Source of the DNA: a virus | Lineage: Duplodnaviria; Caudoviricetes | Virus record (IMG/VR): IMGVR_UViG_3300010429_000303 | Location: 36,852-100,851 of that record | Length of the DNA stretch: 64,000 nucleotides | Direction: 5' to 3' (one strand) | Part shown: positions 61,572-64,000 of the stretch, piece by piece | Numbering within the stretch: position 1 is the stretch's first letter | Layout: each line of letters begins with the position of its first letter | Program-made: the position numbers and the translations under genes | The notes under the pieces: generated by a model | What the model saw: only the letters and a program-made list of their open reading frames with translations | Databases searched by the model: none | Told to the model about the DNA's origin: nothing

Positions 61572-62033
61572 ATGAGCTTCCAAATTATTAGAGTTGAAGA
61601 TACCGTAGATCGAGATGGTCACCCTGAAATGTTTGTTCAGGTTGAATATACCGATGTCGCCACTGGAACAAAGGTGCCATTCTCTAGGTGGTTATTTCAG
61701 GACCAGTATCAATCAGCTAAGGCTGATCCAGCGTTTTTAGACTCTTTGGTGGCTTCTTGGGAAGAGTCTACGGTTCAGGAGTACCTAATTGAGCATGGCA
61801 TTCAAAATCCCAACCAGATCTCAAAGCGACAAGCACGGCTGGCTCTTCTTCAATCAGGGCTACTGGACACCGTAAATGCTGCTGTAGAGTCAGCTGGGGA
61901 AGCTGCACGAATTGAATGGGAATATGCTGATTTCATTCTGCGGGATTCCCCTTTGCTAAATTCCTTAGCTTCCTCCTTAGGCATGTCTTCTACCGACCTT
62001 GATAATTTGTTTGCCTTGGCTAGACAACTTTAA
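61572..62033 (+). CDS. Tail-fibre assembly/chaperone-like protein
   Basis: ISKRQARLALL..GLL..V...V and IEWEYA..I.R.SP....L...LG......D.LF..A motifs; GAGGA RBS. Confidence 0.7.
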   Translation: MSFQIIRVEDTVDRDGHPEMFVQVEYTDVATGTKVPFSRWLFQDQYQSAKADPAFLDSLVASWEESTVQEYLIEHGIQNPNQISKRQARLALLQSGLLDTVNAAVESAGEAARIEWEYADFILRDSPLLNSLASSLGMSSTDLDNLFALARQL

Positions 62034-62047
62034 TGGATTAAACCTAG

Positions 62048-62632
62048 ATGTCTCCATTCATAATTAAAAAAACAAAGATTCGAGAACTCCCGTTTGATAA
62101 TGATAACTTTACCGGGATCTCTTCAGATTGGGCCTTTGATCATGCTGCACTTACTACCGCTCATGGCATTTCAACGTTCGGGGCTACCTTGGTGGATGAT
62201 GCGGATGCCCCTACTGCAAGAACAACCTTAGGGGCTCCAGGCTTTACTATCAGTGCATCAGCCCCAGCCACTCCAAATGCGGGAGATATCTGGTGGGATA
62301 GTGAATCTGGGTTGATCTATGTTTGGTATACCGATACCAATTCTTCACAGTGGGTTAGCAATGGTTCAGCTGGAAAGCCCTTCTCGTATCCTATAGATGA
62401 TACCCCGGTGAATGGAGAACTTACTCACTCTATCTCTTCTAATTGGGCATATGACCATACAGCATCAGCAACCGCTCATGCCGCAGCAGCCTCTCAAGGT
62501 GAGATGGAAGTTGGTTCTGAATCTGCAATTAGATCACTTTCCCCCCTTAATGTTTCTCAAGCTATCTCGGCCTTAGCTCCAGACAGCTTTACCCGACATA
62601 TCGTAGCCCTTAACTTTGGAGCATACCTCTAA
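62048..62632 (+). CDS. Short tail-fibre-like protein
   Basis: Two ISS(D/N)WA(F/Y)DH motifs, D.DA..AR.TLG and SAP..P..GD.WWDS..G..Y.WY.D..SSQWV fibre motifs. Confidence 0.7.
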   Translation: MSPFIIKKTKIRELPFDNDNFTGISSDWAFDHAALTTAHGISTFGATLVDDADAPTARTTLGAPGFTISASAPATPNAGDIWWDSESGLIYVWYTDTNSSQWVSNGSAGKPFSYPIDDTPVNGELTHSISSNWAYDHTASATAHAAAASQGEMEVGSESAIRSLSPLNVSQAISALAPDSFTRHIVALNFGAYL

Positions 62633-63051
62633 TGGCCGCCAATCCAATTTATCCTACCATCACTGGTCCTGTTTTAGTAGCAAAACGTCTTTCTGAAAGT
62701 GATACTAATGCTATTGTAGATGTTTATGATAATTCTTTAGGCACTGTTGCGGTAAAAATAGAATCTTTGGTCATTACCACAGATAATACTGCTGATAGAA
62801 TTGTAAAGGTTTACCTCCATGACGGTGCTGTAAGTCAACTGATAGGTTCTGTGACTGTGCCTGATTTGTCCGGTACCAATGGAGTAACCGATGCAAGAGT
62901 TAATGTATTAAACACCTTAGGGGTTGCTGGGTCTGATGGCGTTCTGTGTATTTGGGTTCCTGCAGGGAAAAAACTTCAGGTTTCTTTAGACAGTACCTTA
63001 GTCAGTGGAAAATATCTATATGTAACTGGTCGTGGCATAACCTACACCTGA
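62632..63051 (+). CDS. Virion adaptor-like protein (paralog of 48322-48738)
   Basis: Motifs shared with 48322-48738; TAATG coupling to the upstream gene. Confidence 0.7.
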   Translation: MAANPIYPTITGPVLVAKRLSESDTNAIVDVYDNSLGTVAVKIESLVITTDNTADRIVKVYLHDGAVSQLIGSVTVPDLSGTNGVTDARVNVLNTLGVAGSDGVLCIWVPAGKKLQVSLDSTLVSGKYLYVTGRGITYT

Positions 63052-63060
63052 GTTTGATCA

Positions 63061-64000
63061 ATGCACCCACTAAGTTATAACCCTAAGCCGGTAATTCCTT
63101 CCTTCTTAGGGGCTAAGGTTCTTTCAAATCAGTTGCCGACTATTCCAACCTGGAATCTCGCAGTGAAAATCACCGCGCCGGGCCAGACCTATACCGTGGA
63201 CATCAATGCGGGTACGGAGCCAGAACTGCGCGTGGATTGGGGGGATGGTGTGGTGGAGTTCTTCACCACCACCGGGCTGAAAACGCATATTTACCGACTC
63301 GTCAAGACCCATACCGTCAAGATCAGCGGGCGGTTTCAGAGTGGCGGGAATATCCGCCTGGGAAGCAATGCAGCGGATCAGGCGCGGCTGATCGGGACCG
63401 GGGTGATCCCGTTTATTCCGGGGTTAGCGAATTTTCTGAGTATGTTTCAGAATACCGGGCTTCGTTCCATTCCGACCGATCTCTTCAGATACAATACCCA
63501 AGTTTCGACGAGCGGGTTTTATTCGACGTTCTACGGTTGCAGCAATCTCTCCGGTTCGATTCCGACTGATCTTTTTAGATACAACACGCTGGTTTCGACG
63601 AGTGGGTTCTATCAGACGTTCTACGGTTGCACCAATCTCTCCGGTTCGATTTCGACTGATCTTTTTAGATACAACACGCTGGTTTCGACGAGTGGGTTTT
63701 ATTCGACGTTTCGTGATTGCAGCAATCTCTCCGGTTCGATTCCGACCGATCTCTTCAGATACAATACCCAGGTTTCGACGAGTGGGTTTTATCAGACGTT
63801 CTTGAATTGCACCAATCTCTCCGGTTCGATTCCGACTGATCTTTTTAGATACAACACGCTGGTTTCGACGAGTGGGTTCCTTCAGACGTTCTTGAATTGC
63901 ACCAATCTCTCCGGTTCGATTCCGACTGTTCTTTTTAGATACAACACGCTGGTTTCGACGAGTGGGTTCCATTCGACGTTTCGTGATTGCAGCAATCTCT
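63061..64000 (+). CDS. PKD-like domain plus BspA-type leucine-rich-repeat protein (partial; absent from ORF track)
   Basis: My translation from ATG 63061 is open to the window end: MHPLSYNPKPV...LRVDWGDGVVE...KTHIY...HTVKISG...SIPTDLFRYNTQVSTSGFYSTFYGCSNLSG, then 30-aa repeats. Confidence 0.88.
   Translation, partial: MHPLSYNPKPVIPSFLGAKVLSNQLPTIPTWNLAVKITAPGQTYTVDINAGTEPELRVDWGDGVVEFFTTTGLKTHIYRLVKTHTVKISGRFQSGGNIRLGSNAADQARLIGTGVIPFIPGLANFLSMFQNTGLRSIPTDLFRYNTQVSTSGFYSTFYGCSNLSGSIPTDLFRYNTLVSTSGFYQTFYGCTNLSGSISTDLFRYNTLVSTSGFYSTFRDCSNLSGSIPTDLFRYNTQVSTSGFYQTFLNCTNLSGSIPTDLFRYNTLVSTSGFLQTFLNCTNLSGSIPTVLFRYNTLVSTSGFHSTFRDCSNL
63466..64000 (+). repeat. 90-bp coding tandem repeat (at least 6 units)
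   Basis: CT(C/T)TT(C/T)AGATACAA recurs at 63481, 63571, 63661, 63751, 63841 and 63931. Confidence 0.97.

Noticed and set aside
63081-63111. CCCTAAG/CTTAGGG inverted repeat near the GC transition
   Set aside because: It is only 7 bp, lies within coding sequence and is compatible with chance.
63124-63972. ORF-track calls 63124-63312, 63237-63569, 63424-63972 and 63602-63805
   Set aside because: They are alternative-frame or antisense products of the PKD-LRR gene starting at 63061, which the track missed because it has no stop in the window.
63466-64000. Possible CRISPR array
   Set aside because: The 90-bp units are near-identical along their whole length, have no unique spacers and keep an LRR reading frame. 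No cas genes are present.
1-64000. Genome-wide stop-codon reassignment
   Set aside because: Genes up to 2522 aa are open in the standard code, and TAA, TAG and TGA each end conserved genes right before the next start. The 29823 TAA is an isolated case.

Overview
This window is 64 kb of a large, AT-rich T4-superfamily myophage genome, read in the standard genetic code with very dense coding. It covers the baseplate, tail and fibre region. The core genes are gp26 (partial), a gp54-like gene, gp4, gp48, gp53, a gp27-like hub, gp5, gp25, gp6, gp7 and gp8. These are followed by three tandem giant VrlC/DUF4815-type virion proteins and a long fibre/adhesin block. That block holds two Gly-X-Gln collagen-like fibres, an RCC1-repeat propeller, a LamG protein and a GC-rich PKD+LRR gene that runs off the window end. 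Interleaved with the structural genes are nine glycan-modifying genes: GT2, GT60-like GlcNAc transferase, HtrL/YibB, TPR-GT9-like, propeller-GT2, a sulfotransferase and three methyltransferases. The window also has purM, a RuvC-like resolvase and a small sigma70-type island. The best candidate for an undescribed system is phage-encoded mucin-type O-glycosylation of the virion. A GT60-like enzyme sits behind the same ACTAAATAG late-promoter motif as structural genes, and the virion proteins carry Pro/Thr/Ser mucin-like linkers and Thr-rich, Pro-poor collagens as plausible acceptors. A second theme is modular receptor display: variable cassettes sit in a triplicated scaffold, and the RCC1 and LRR arrays vary at fixed positions. 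All family assignments come from motif recognition by eye; no searches were run. No tRNA, rRNA, CRISPR array, integrase or reverse transcriptase was seen.
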